From the IMG/VR virus record IMGVR_UViG_3300042864_001965: 64,000 bases of DNA; one strand, given 5' to 3'. Source of the stretch: a virus. Positions 53,487 through 62,310 of the stretch are shown one piece after another (the stretch's first letter is position 1; the number at the start of each line of letters is the position of its first letter). Under the pieces are notes generated by a model that saw only the letters and a list, made by a program, of their open reading frames with translations, made no database searches and was not told the origin of the DNA. The translations under genes were made by a program, and so were the position numbers.

Positions 53487-53732
53487 TTAATTAAATTTTT
53501 TGTACTCTTGTAGTATTAGGTCGGTTGCCTCCTCAATTTGGTTTCCTTTTGATAGCAGTTCAAGGACTTTAGCCAAAACTTGCCTAACTCGTTCTTTACC
53601 TATTCCTAATTCTGCTGTAGTTGATGCCACTCTAAAGCGATAGTTCCGATGCCGGGAAGTAACAGGCACTGGGTCAAGATTGTTGTTTTTTGCCCACACT
53701 AGATAGATGTAGGCTTGTCTAGGTGTTATCAC
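53487..53732 (-). CDS. small sigma-70 region-4-like HTH protein
   Basis: TAELGIGKERVRQVLAKVLELL resembles the region 4.2 HTH of sigma factors. GTG start. Confidence 0.4.
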   Translation of the reverse strand: MITPRQAYIYLVWAKNNNLDPVPVTSRHRNYRFRVASTTAELGIGKERVRQVLAKVLELLSKGNQIEEATDLILQEYKKFN

Positions 53733-53747
53733 TTTTGCCCAAAGCAG

Positions 53748-54076
53748 TTATTCCAGTGGCAGTAAATCACTGGAATAACTAAGAATCTATTTAAAATAAT
53801 AAGCACTAAACCAAGTGCGTGCGTCAGCCGACTACTATTTCAAATCGGTTACTGGGCTTACACCAGCAAGCTTAGGATGATTCATTAACCAGTCTCACCA
53901 GCCGACTACTATTTCAAGTCGGTTACTGATCTGCCCAGTAGCTTATGGAGGCTCTAATTAATGGATGCACTTCATTAACCAGTCTCACCAGCCGACTACT
54001 ATTTCAAGTCGGTTACTGATCCGCCCAGTAGCTTATGGAGGCTCTAATTAATGGATGCACTTGGTTTAGTGCTTAT
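53748..54076. repeat. non-coding nested inverted-repeat and tandem-repeat block (structured RNA, origin/pac-type element, or a second MITE family)
   Basis: 13-bp dyad AGTTATTCCAGTG/CACTGGAATAACT (53750-53784). 20-bp perfect inverted repeats ATAAGCACTAAACCAAGTGC (53799-53818) and GCACTTGGTTTAGTGCTTAT (54057-54076). These enclose a 70-bp diverged unit plus two 90-bp units (53881-53970 and 53971-54060, 1 mismatch). Each unit holds the hairpin CCGACT-actatttca-AGTCGG. Confidence 0.8.
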
Positions 54077-54160
54077 ATTCTAAATATATCATGATAATTT
54101 TCAGGTAGTTGGCGAAGTGTGACAGTTTATCAAGTGTCACTGTGGATACTTTTGTACTGA

Positions 54161-55207
54161 TTATTCTGTAAACCACTGTAAATAAATCTGATGCGCTATC
54201 TGTGCAGTCATTACAGGCGGTACACTCATTCCTATTAAATAATTTGGTTTAATATTTTTAAAGTTGTAATCAAGCGGATAGCTACCAATCATTTTAACTT
54301 CATCCATTGTTATTCTATTTGGATGATCAAATCTTATTGGGACAGAATCTTCACTTGCTACTGTAGTAGGAGAAATCTGGTTATCGTGAATAAATTTAGC
54401 TTGAAATCTTTTTCTTTTATTTCCAATTCTTTCGTGAATACTCGCTAAATCTTGATCTGTTTTTATTCTTTTATCCCATACAGCTTTTGTTTCATTGGTT
54501 AATTCTTTTCCTAATTTTTTTGACTTAAATTCACTATAAATAATTGATTTTTCATCAAAACTTAACTCTAGATTTTTAAAGTTTAAATCATTCCTTTGGC
54601 AAATAAAAAATACTCGCTCACGTTTTTGAGGCACTCCCATGCTCGCAGCGTTCAAAAGAAATAACTGTACTTTATATCCTGCTTTTTCAAATTCATCTTT
54701 TATTCGCTTTACATACGCTTTGGCATTACCTTGAATAATTCCTTTAACATTTTCAGCGATAACGACCTTTGGCTGTAGTTTTTTTGCTAATCGTATGTAA
54801 TCAAAGAAAAGGTCATCAAGTCGCTGTTTAGCCTGACCTTCCCTAAATACCTTTTCTTTCCCCCAGTCTTTTTCTCTATTTCCTGCCATGCTAAATGAAG
54901 AGCAGGGAGGTGAGCCGTCTAAAATATCTAGGTTATAAAGTTCATTAGGAAAGATTGTACGATCAGCAAAATCTCTTATATCTTCAATAAATAAATATTT
55001 AGGATTGTGGTTAACTTTATATACATCAGCTACCTGCGAGTCTATTTCAACACCTCCTAAATGGTCAAAACCTGCTAACTTGTAACCCATAGTCGAACCA
55101 CCGCCACAGATAAAAGTACCAAATACTTTTAACCCATGTTTTTCAATTCCGGGTGCTGGGTATCCATCTGACAAATTCCACTTATATGCAAATTTATGTT
55201 TAGTCAT
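54161..55207 (-). CDS. dcm: DNA (cytosine-5)-methyltransferase
   Basis: Motif I FICGGGSTMG, motif IV GSPPCSSFS, motif VI AENVKG, motif VIII QKRERVFFI. Confidence 0.9.
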   Translation of the reverse strand: MTKHKFAYKWNLSDGYPAPGIEKHGLKVFGTFICGGGSTMGYKLAGFDHLGGVEIDSQVADVYKVNHNPKYLFIEDIRDFADRTIFPNELYNLDILDGSPPCSSFSMAGNREKDWGKEKVFREGQAKQRLDDLFFDYIRLAKKLQPKVVIAENVKGIIQGNAKAYVKRIKDEFEKAGYKVQLFLLNAASMGVPQKRERVFFICQRNDLNFKNLELSFDEKSIIYSEFKSKKLGKELTNETKAVWDKRIKTDQDLASIHERIGNKRKRFQAKFIHDNQISPTTVASEDSVPIRFDHPNRITMDEVKMIGSYPLDYNFKNIKPNYLIGMSVPPVMTAQIAHQIYLQWFTE

Positions 55208-55904
55208 TACCTAAAAGCTTCCATACTGCTTGTTCGGGTGTCGATGCTATTTTACTTAATTGTTCTTTTACTTGCCAGTATTCATTTTCGGTATAACTTA
55301 ATTTAATTATCATTTGCCCATCCATACCCTCGATGTCAATTTCTTTGTTTTTTCCCGAAAAATTATTTGTTATATTCGATTCAAAATTATCAGAATTATC
55401 TAAATTATCTGAAGTATTTAAAGCTTCTAGGATTGAATTTAAATCGCCGATTACTCCTAAATTCTCCCCCTCTTCATCAAGGTATTCAGCTTGGCTAATT
55501 AGTAAGTCAGTATCAAAAAGCTTTAATTCCGTAGCAAGGTCAAGCCCCGCCCCGTGAATCGTAGAATGGTTGTGAATAATCGAGTATTTTATAGCTTGAG
55601 CCTCATTTTTAGCGTGAACTCCTACTAAAATAGGAACCATCCACTCCCCATCATTGTCAATATCTATACCTCTAGGTCGATCTATTTTGCGCTTGTTAAT
55701 TGCTAATAGTGCGGCACACCGATCATGACCCTCAGTAATCCCCCCTTTTCCGCCGTTTAAGCTCGGATCGTAGCCAATTGGGTCTTTAAATCCCAACTCC
55801 AATATTGAAGCTATGGTGTTTTCAGTGGCGTGTTTTTTGGAATTACCCTTTAGTTGTTTTAGGTCGCAAAGCCGTCGATACTCGATTTCTAATTTATCTC
55901 TCAT
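55200..55904 (-). CDS. ParB-like nuclease-domain protein (start at MRDKLEIEY)
   Basis: LKGNSKKHATENTIASILELGFKDPIGY...GGITEGHDRCAALLA matches the ParB N-terminal domain pattern. Overlaps the methyltransferase start. Confidence 0.5.
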   Translation of the reverse strand: MRDKLEIEYRRLCDLKQLKGNSKKHATENTIASILELGFKDPIGYDPSLNGGKGGITEGHDRCAALLAINKRKIDRPRGIDIDNDGEWMVPILVGVHAKNEAQAIKYSIIHNHSTIHGAGLDLATELKLFDTDLLISQAEYLDEEGENLGVIGDLNSILEALNTSDNLDNSDNFESNITNNFSGKNKEIDIEGMDGQMIIKLSYTENEYWQVKEQLSKIASTPEQAVWKLLGND

Positions 55905-55945
55905 GATTGATGTAAGATTAAGTAACTCTACTACTATAATAACCA

Positions 55946-56710
55946 ATGGTTGTCACTAATCGAGGCAGAAAGCGTACATACTCTATTCATGAAGAGGTAA
56001 TCGAGTTTACCAAATATCCTATCTGGGAACAGCAAGAACTAGAAACCCCTGATTGGTTTGAAAGATTTCAGATTTTTTACCTTCCTATTCCATCAGGCTA
56101 TCGCACTTTAAACCGAGCTTACAGTAACTGTGGGGAAGCTTCTGGGGAACAAATAGAAAAAACTAAATTTAAACGAGCTAAAACTGTCCCCGATGACTGG
56201 CAGTTAGCACACAAAAATTATCGGTGGGAAGAAAGAGCAAAAGCCTATTGGCTTTTAAAAATTCAAGAGCAACAAGCTTACACCGATAGCATTTTACGAG
56301 AAATCCGAGAGAAGACTCTAAAGATTACTCTAAAAAACCTCGAAAAGATTGAACAGATGACTAATTATCCGATTTCTCGCCGTCGGATAGATTCTGTAGA
56401 TGAATCGGGCCGACCGATTGCCATAACAATTGAACCTAACGGAAATTGGAATCATAGAGACGCAGTGACTATGGCTAAAACGTTGACTGATACCTTTGAA
56501 AAAGTTTTAGGTTTTGACACCATCGAGTACGCAATTAATATTGTTCAAAAGCACGGATTAGCTGTTATTGACCCTGACGGAAAACTTATAGGACATCCTG
56601 GCATAGAGAAACTCGATGACGGACTGACCTCGATTATTCGTGATAGTGCAGAATTTGATGATGATGTAATGGTTCCCACTAGGATAAGCGATGACGATGA
56701 AAGCGAGTAA
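55946..56710 (+). CDS. terminase small subunit candidate
   Basis: 254-aa plus-strand ORF overlapping the start of the large terminase. Call is by position only. Confidence 0.4.
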   Translation: MVVTNRGRKRTYSIHEEVIEFTKYPIWEQQELETPDWFERFQIFYLPIPSGYRTLNRAYSNCGEASGEQIEKTKFKRAKTVPDDWQLAHKNYRWEERAKAYWLLKIQEQQAYTDSILREIREKTLKITLKNLEKIEQMTNYPISRRRIDSVDESGRPIAITIEPNGNWNHRDAVTMAKTLTDTFEKVLGFDTIEYAINIVQKHGLAVIDPDGKLIGHPGIEKLDDGLTSIIRDSAEFDDDVMVPTRISDDDESE

Positions 56711-58346
56711 ATTATCATTAAAAAATCTCTCAAAGATAAAAACAGCGACCGAAAAATATCGACTTGTTAACACCAAAGAAGAAATTGTTTTTCCTCAATT
56801 ACAAGAGGGAAAACAAGCTTTATTTGGGAAAATTGACGCTGATGTAATTATATTCGGTGGAGCCGCAGGAGCAGGAAAGACCAGAGCCTTATTAACTGAT
56901 TTTGTTCGTCAAGAATATATTGACAATCCTGATTACCGGGCTGTCATGTTTCGCCGGACTTATCCTGAATTTACTCAAGCTGGGGGATTAGTAGATGAAA
57001 GTCGTAAAATCTATTATCCTATCAAGGGTACTTTTATAGAAAAGCCTAGTCTTGAATGGCGGTTTCCTAGTGGTGCTAGGGTATCTTTTAGGCATTTACA
57101 GCATGAAAAAACCGTGCATATTTATCAAGGCTCTCAGATTACTAGGATCGGTTTTGACGAACTAACCCATTTTACGCAGGAACAGTTTTTCTATCTTCTC
57201 TCTAGAAACCGGTCTGTATCAGGAATTAAACCCGCTGTTAGAGCAACCTGTAACCCCGACGCTGATTCATGGGTAGCTAGGTTTATCTCTTGGTGGATCA
57301 ACCCAAAAGACGGCTATGCTATTGAAGAAAGGTCGGGAATAGTTCGATACTTTATTAGGCAGGGAGATACGGTTTATTGGGCTGATAATAAACAAGAATT
57401 AATTGATAAATTTAGCCTTAAAGATAAGCTTTTTGAAATGATTCCTAATAATATTCAAAAAAAGTTTTTATTAAATGAAGAAATAAGCATTAAACCAGAA
57501 GACTTAATCAAGAGTTTTACTTTTATTCCTGCCACGATTTTTGATAATAGAGAACTGATAAAAGTTAACCCTACCTACTTAGCTAACCTTTATTCACTTC
57601 ATCAAGTTGAACGAGAAAGACTTCTTAGGGGTAACTGGAAGATTAAATACGAAGCTGGTACAGTATTTGATCGGACTTGGTTTGAGATTCTCGACAAAAT
57701 ACCCGATGATTGGAAGTTAATAGGTAAAGTAAGATTCTGGGATTTAGCGGCAACTGCTAAAGAGAATGCTGAGAACTATCATTGCTATACCAGTGGCACT
57801 CTTGTCTATAAATACCAAAGAATTAAAAGCACATTGCCAGATTCAACTGAAATCAAGGAATTTGCTTATGTGATTGCCGATAATATCTGTGAGCAGAAAA
57901 AGGTAGGGGAAGTTGAGTTAATGCTTAAAAATACTGCTGAATTGGATGGGAAAACTGTAGCTGTAAGATGGGAACAGGAAGGGGGGTCGAGCGGTAAATT
58001 TGTTGAAAATACCATTACTAATGTAATTAGAGAAAATCATCCGAACCATGACATTAAAGCGATCGTACCTCAAGGGGATAAACTAACGCGGGCTTTGCCA
58101 GTAGCCACGGCAGCTAGTCGGGGACAAATCTTTATCTTAAGAGATGGGACGTGGAACACTCGGTTTTTAAATGCCTGTCAAGGTTTTGATGGCAGCAAAA
58201 AAACACCCCCGACTAATGACATCGTAGATAGTCTATCAGGGGCATTTTATTCTCTTGAAAATGAGTTTCAGGGACATGAAAAGGTTATTAGCACGATTGT
58301 TACTTCTGCTCCTGTTAATCGGTTTAGGAGCGGTTTTAGGGGTTAG
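56691..58346 (+). CDS. terL: terminase large subunit
   Basis: Walker A IIFGGAAGAGKT, Walker B-like RIGFDELTHF, and a C-terminal nuclease-type region. 551 aa. Confidence 0.8.
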   Translation: MTMKASKLSLKNLSKIKTATEKYRLVNTKEEIVFPQLQEGKQALFGKIDADVIIFGGAAGAGKTRALLTDFVRQEYIDNPDYRAVMFRRTYPEFTQAGGLVDESRKIYYPIKGTFIEKPSLEWRFPSGARVSFRHLQHEKTVHIYQGSQITRIGFDELTHFTQEQFFYLLSRNRSVSGIKPAVRATCNPDADSWVARFISWWINPKDGYAIEERSGIVRYFIRQGDTVYWADNKQELIDKFSLKDKLFEMIPNNIQKKFLLNEEISIKPEDLIKSFTFIPATIFDNRELIKVNPTYLANLYSLHQVERERLLRGNWKIKYEAGTVFDRTWFEILDKIPDDWKLIGKVRFWDLAATAKENAENYHCYTSGTLVYKYQRIKSTLPDSTEIKEFAYVIADNICEQKKVGEVELMLKNTAELDGKTVAVRWEQEGGSSGKFVENTITNVIRENHPNHDIKAIVPQGDKLTRALPVATAASRGQIFILRDGTWNTRFLNACQGFDGSKKTPPTNDIVDSLSGAFYSLENEFQGHEKVISTIVTSAPVNRFRSGFRG

Positions 58347-58562
58347 TATTAGTAGTTCATCCACATTCCCAAACGATACCAGAAGTATTAATGTTAATAC
58401 GCTCTATTTCGATTGGATTGTCGTTATTGCTATCAAAATAGCTGCACCAATGCCAGATAGCCTCTGGTTCTGATTTTGCTGCAATAAGAAGACTAAATGA
58501 TGTAACTGAATCTTTAATTAAATACAGATTCATAAATCCTCGTTAATAGTTGTAAAAATATT

Positions 58563-58841
58563 CTAATCAATTTGATTTACTAGAGACTCCCGATAAAGTC
58601 TTTCACGCTCTATCCAGAAACGAGCAGAAGGTACGCCTAAAGCTAATTCCATTTTATAAGCAATGCAAACAGTAATTTCTGCCTTACCTTTTATGAGTTG
58701 ATTAATAGTCTTTTTCGGCAACTCCATGCGACTAGCAAATTCAGTTCTAGTTATTTTTCTTTCTTTTAGGATTTTAGCAAGGGTTTCTCCCGGCGGAGAC
58801 ACAAAATTTGGGGTGTATGTGTTCTCGGTAGTATTAGTCAT
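58563..58841 (-). CDS. HigA-family XRE HTH antitoxin-like protein
   Basis: PPGETLAKILKERKITRTEFASRMELPKKTINQLIKGKAEITVCIAYKMELALGVPSARFW matches the HigA/VapI (COG3093) pattern. Confidence 0.6.
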   Translation of the reverse strand: MTNTTENTYTPNFVSPPGETLAKILKERKITRTEFASRMELPKKTINQLIKGKAEITVCIAYKMELALGVPSARFWIERERLYRESLVNQID

Positions 58842-58855
58842 AGATTTTCGTTAAA

Positions 58856-59206
58856 CTACATATTTTTCCATATTCCAGGCGGAATTAGACATTTTTGAAC
58901 ACCCCATAAAGCGCATTGTTTTTTTTCGTCATCGTCAATCATGTCTTTGGCTATATCCCATCCTGTATGCTGATAGAAAAAGAACATAAACTTAGGTTGA
59001 GTCGAAATATTAAATTTTTTTAAAATTGCCGTCGTATAATCATTTACTATTTCAGTTTTTAGTAAAAGTTTTTTAGCAATTTCTTTATTATCAAACCTAC
59101 AAAGAAAATAAAAACAGATTTTTTTCTCTAAAAGAGATAATTGATACCAGCAAAGCCAAAAATGACGCTGGCTTGGAGACATACATTCTTCAATTTCTTC
59201 TTCCAT
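58856..59206 (-). CDS. LuxR/GerE-type HTH protein (start at MEEEIEE)
   Basis: LSLLEKKICFYFLCRFDNKEIAKKLLLKTEIVNDYTTAILKKFNI resembles the LuxR C-terminal HTH. The second ATG sits behind AGGAGTAAAACA. Confidence 0.4.
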   Translation of the reverse strand: MEEEIEECMSPSQRHFWLCWYQLSLLEKKICFYFLCRFDNKEIAKKLLLKTEIVNDYTTAILKKFNISTQPKFMFFFYQHTGWDIAKDMIDDDEKKQCALWGVQKCLIPPGIWKNM

Positions 59207-59224
59207 TGTTTTACTCCTCATTGA

Positions 59225-59761
59225 TTACAAAAAATCGTGAACAAAATAATTGACAACCTTGACTGCTTCCTTGCCTCTTGGAATAAAATCAATATCTAAG
59301 GTAATAAACATAAAAGGGTCTTCTGTTTTTTTTGTGTTTTCCAGCTTATGGCAGCAGGATATGTCCAGCAGTAAAATATCTCCTGCTTTTAAGACTAATT
59401 TTTGAGTATCTTTTCTTTGGACTAATAAAGAGTTTATTTGATCATCCATACTTTTAAAGGGATTATAATCTTTCAGGAGTTTTTCTAAAGTATTATTGTT
59501 TACTGTAGAAGCGTATAATTTATAGTTGTCACTCTGAACAACTAAAATAATTGAATATTTTTTATCTTCATCAATGTCGTCAACGTGCCATTCTACTCCC
59601 AATGTCCACCATAGAGAATAAGGATCAAACAACTCTAAAGGATTGTTAACCCAATTGTGTTTTGCTCTTGTAGAAAAGGTAGTAGAACTGCAAACCAATT
59701 CTACTATCTTGTTTAGCTTGTCTAAATTGCGATATTTGCCTAATTTATGCAGAGGTTTCAT
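59225..59761 (-). CDS. possible 2OG-Fe(II)-oxygenase/cupin-like protein
   Basis: WHVDD (HxD) and a later CCHKLEN (His) are spaced as in the facial triad. Weak. Confidence 0.25.
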   Translation of the reverse strand: MKPLHKLGKYRNLDKLNKIVELVCSSTTFSTRAKHNWVNNPLELFDPYSLWWTLGVEWHVDDIDEDKKYSIILVVQSDNYKLYASTVNNNTLEKLLKDYNPFKSMDDQINSLLVQRKDTQKLVLKAGDILLLDISCCHKLENTKKTEDPFMFITLDIDFIPRGKEAVKVVNYFVHDFL

Positions 59762-59786
59762 TTTTTATTTGGTTGATGGTTATTGA

Positions 59787-59815
59787 CTGATAACTAATAA
59801 CTGATCGATAAACTA
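59787..59815 (-). repeat. heptad array (CTGATAA CTAATAA CTGATCG ATAAACT)
   Basis: Intergenic, CTGATAA family. Confidence 0.7.
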
Positions 59816-60268
59816 AGTAAACAGTCTTGATGCAATACTAAGTAAATATATCCATTCTTCTTCAAGCATTAATTCCGTTTTAGAAGAATCGGCTATATTA
59901 AACAAACAAAAGTTAACTTTGTTTATAGGATTACCATCGTAGAATAACTCAATATCAGTATATGGGAATCTTGTCATAAAGCCAAACTTAAAGTCGGCAT
60001 TTTGGCGATTTTCGCAGGTTAGTGTAGCAGAATGATCTAAATTTATTTTTAGTTTCCAGTCAATAATCAAAGGAAAATCTTCTTTAAAATAATTTTCCTT
60101 TATCCATTTATCAATTTCATCTATTATTTGTCTTTGACCCTTTTGAATAAAATAGTGAATGCCTTCCGAATATCGAAACGGGAATAACTTTGTTTCGTAC
60201 CACTTTAACTTAAAGTCTTGTGGCTCTGAGTCAATTTTAGGGAATTGCCCTATGTTTATCGTTGCCAT
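59813..60268 (-). CDS. hypothetical protein
   Basis: 151-aa ORF behind TTTAGGAGTAAAAAA-ATG. Confidence 0.5.
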   Translation of the reverse strand: MATINIGQFPKIDSEPQDFKLKWYETKLFPFRYSEGIHYFIQKGQRQIIDEIDKWIKENYFKEDFPLIIDWKLKINLDHSATLTCENRQNADFKFGFMTRFPYTDIELFYDGNPINKVNFCLFNIADSSKTELMLEEEWIYLLSIASRLFT

Positions 60269-60294
60269 TTTTTTACTCCTAAATAATTTGTTTA

Positions 60295-60308
60295 CTGATA
60301 ACTGATAC
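60295..60308 (-). repeat. heptad array (CTGATAA CTGATAC)
   Basis: 26 nt upstream of ATG 60268. Confidence 0.65.
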
Positions 60309-60598
60309 CTAGCTAAAATTAATCAAAAATTGAACAGAGTAGTCGATTGGTCTGTATAAGTTTAACCATTTTTTGCAATGTTCGTAAAATTCAGCTTTAC
60401 TGCTTGTTTTATACCATATTGCATGAATTATCTCGGAATTGAGTCATTGATTCCATGCCTACATTTGGGCTTCGCCTGTCTAGTCAGAATTGTTTTGATT
60501 GCCTTGTTTTTGCCTTATGACACTTATCTCCTAATCAATTTTTCTATTTTTTTTAAACAGCAATTTTTTCTTTGATGTTTTTTTCTGTTTTTGTGCAA

Positions 60599-60612
60599 CT
60601 GATTACTGATAA
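60599..60612 (-). repeat. heptad array (CTGATTA CTGATAA)
   Basis: Abuts the stop of 60615-60860. Confidence 0.65.
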
Positions 60613-60614
60613 CC

Positions 60615-60860
60615 TTAATCTTCTATGCGCCAATCTGCATTTGCTACAACATCATCAAAATTGTCGTAAATAATTTTGATGCCTTCCTGCTCTATATCCC
60701 ACCAGCAATCTTGATCAATGTGGGAATTTAGCCAAATTTTCTTAAATTTTTCTTCTGCTTTTTCTCGGCTTTTAGCCTCTATCCTCAATTTGAATGTTAT
60801 GGTTTGAGTCCCTGTATAGGAAAAAACTGCATCTCTTTCGTGAAAATTAATAGAAGTCAT
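60615..60860 (-). CDS. hypothetical protein sharing its N-terminus with 49620-50540
   Basis: MTSINFHERDAVFSY versus MTSINFYERDTIIRF. Confidence 0.55.
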   Translation of the reverse strand: MTSINFHERDAVFSYTGTQTITFKLRIEAKSREKAEEKFKKIWLNSHIDQDCWWDIEQEGIKIIYDNFDDVVANADWRIED

Positions 60861-60892
60861 AGCTTGTTACTTTGTGCTTTTGTTTACTTGAT

Positions 60893-60960
60893 TTTATCTT
60901 GCATTATTCTCCCAGTAAAATTAACTATCTGGGAGAATAATTTCTGAACGTTTGTACTAC
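60893..60960 (-). promoter_or_regulatory. promoter-plus-dyad module E (diverged)
   Basis: ATTCTCCCAG-ataGTTAATtttaC-TGGGAGAAT with upstream GTACAAACGTTCAGAAATT. Weaker -35. Confidence 0.45.
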
Positions 60961-60972
60961 TTGATAGCTAAT

Positions 60973-61350
60973 CTAAGGCTTTTGTAAGAACAAGCACCCT
61001 AGAATTAGTCCGGGGTTATTCTTGTCTCGGACTAATCCTCCGGGTGCAAGACAGTCCGTGCGTCCTATCTTAGCGGCCGCAGAGGCCACTAAGCCTGACA
61101 CGATGTAGTAAACCCCTTCTTGATAGTCAGGAAGCCCTTCGATCTGCCCATAAGTGACGGATTCAACAGGAATACCGTCAATTTCCCCCGCAGAAGAATT
61201 GGCAATTGACACACGGGGAAGTATCCCACTCGGAGGAATACTTCTGATAATTTCAACAGTTTCAGCAAGAAACTGTTTTTTGCTATCCTGTTCTACCCTT
61301 TGTTTGGAAACAAGGGTTATTTCGTGAGGCGTGGCGTTGAGAATAGTCAT
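60973..61350 (-). CDS. hypothetical protein
   Basis: 125-aa ORF behind TTAGGAGTAAACA-ATG. Confidence 0.5.
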   Translation of the reverse strand: MTILNATPHEITLVSKQRVEQDSKKQFLAETVEIIRSIPPSGILPRVSIANSSAGEIDGIPVESVTYGQIEGLPDYQEGVYYIVSGLVASAAAKIGRTDCLAPGGLVRDKNNPGLILGCLFLQKP

Positions 61351-61370
61351 TGTTTACTCCTAATAGGTTG

Positions 61371-61405
61371 CTGATAACTGATAACTAATAACTGGAAACT
61401 AATTA
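61371..61405 (-). repeat. heptad array (CTGATAA x2, CTAATAA, CTGGAAA, CTAATTA)
   Basis: Fills the gap between the stop at 61411 and the RBS of 60973-61350. Confidence 0.8.
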
Positions 61406-61410
61406 ATGAT

Positions 61411-61722
61411 TCACCAAATTACTAAAAAAATAGATGGGATTAATAATCTTAGTGGAGAAACCATGTCGGTAATAATTCCAGTACATTCTTTTCTGTTAAT
61501 AACTTCATACTGCCTAACCCACTCAAGCCTATAATAAATATAGTCACAATATACATATTTAATAATTACTGGATAGTATCCAGATATTATTTTTCTTAGC
61601 GAAGAAAATAAAAGAGGTTTTTTTTCTGAGAATAACTCTTGGTATTTGTTTTTATGCCCTATTTCTTCTGGGTGAAATCTTTTCCACAGGTCTAGTTCTT
61701 CAAATAATTTATCAAAATCCAT
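61411..61722 (-). CDS. hypothetical protein
   Basis: 103-aa ORF. Confidence 0.5.
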   Translation of the reverse strand: MDFDKLFEELDLWKRFHPEEIGHKNKYQELFSEKKPLLFSSLRKIISGYYPVIIKYVYCDYIYYRLEWVRQYEVINRKECTGIITDMVSPLRLLIPSIFLVIW

Positions 61723-61743
61723 TTGTTTGCTCCTAAATGATTA

Positions 61744-61778
61744 CTAATGAATGATAACTGATAACTGATGACTAATTC
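61744..61778 (-). repeat. heptad array (CTAATGA ATGATAA CTGATAA CTGATGA CTAATTC)
   Basis: Abuts the stop of the FGE-family gene (61780). Confidence 0.8.
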
Positions 61779-61779
61779 A

Positions 61780-62310
61780 TTAATCACAAACTACCCGAAA
61801 ACCAATATTGCTGGGGCAATATTCTTCAAAATAGCGGTAACTAAGTCGTGCCGCACGACATCCATGATCACAGGTGTCGAATCCGCCCCCACGGGGAACG
61901 TTTTGACACCATTCCCAGACGTTGCCGTGCATATCGTACAATCCCCAACCATTGGGCTTTTTCTGCCCCACAGGATGAGTTATAAATCCAGAATTTTCGC
62001 TATACCAAGCATAATCTCCTAACTGATTGACATCATTACCAAAATAATATGTAGTAGTTGTACCTGCTCGACAAGCATATTCCCATTCTGAATTTGTAGG
62101 TAGGCGATAGTTTTTCCCTGTTATTTCACTTAATTTTTGGCAAAAAGCTACGGCATTATTATAACTAACCTGCTCTACTGGATGTTGGGGGTTGTTCATA
62201 AAATAAGAAGGATTAGTTTCCATTACCTCTTGATATTGTTCTTGAGTTATTGGATATTTTCCAATTTTAAAGGTTACATTCGGAATCTCTATCATTTCAA
62301 TCTCAATCAT
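61780..62310 (-). CDS. short FGE-sulfatase (SUMF1-like) domain protein (start at MIEIEMIE)
   Basis: FKIGKYPITQEQY...YNNAVAFCQKLSEITGKNYRLPTNSEWEYACRAG...GLYDMHGNVWEWCQN...CRAARLSYRY...IGFRVVC. The track ORF extends upstream by translating the heptad array. Confidence 0.75.
   Translation of the reverse strand: MIEIEMIEIPNVTFKIGKYPITQEQYQEVMETNPSYFMNNPQHPVEQVSYNNAVAFCQKLSEITGKNYRLPTNSEWEYACRAGTTTTYYFGNDVNQLGDYAWYSENSGFITHPVGQKKPNGWGLYDMHGNVWEWCQNVPRGGGFDTCDHGCRAARLSYRYFEEYCPSNIGFRVVCD

Noticed and set aside
53824-54015. Three spaced copies of CAGCCGACTACTATTTCAAGTCGGTTACTG that look like a second mini-CRISPR array
   Set aside because: The sequences between copies 2 and 3 are themselves duplicated (a 90-bp tandem unit), the spacing is irregular (about 73 and 90 bp), and the whole block is bounded by 20-bp inverted repeats. 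This is a tandem repeat or MITE-like structure, not a repeat-spacer array.
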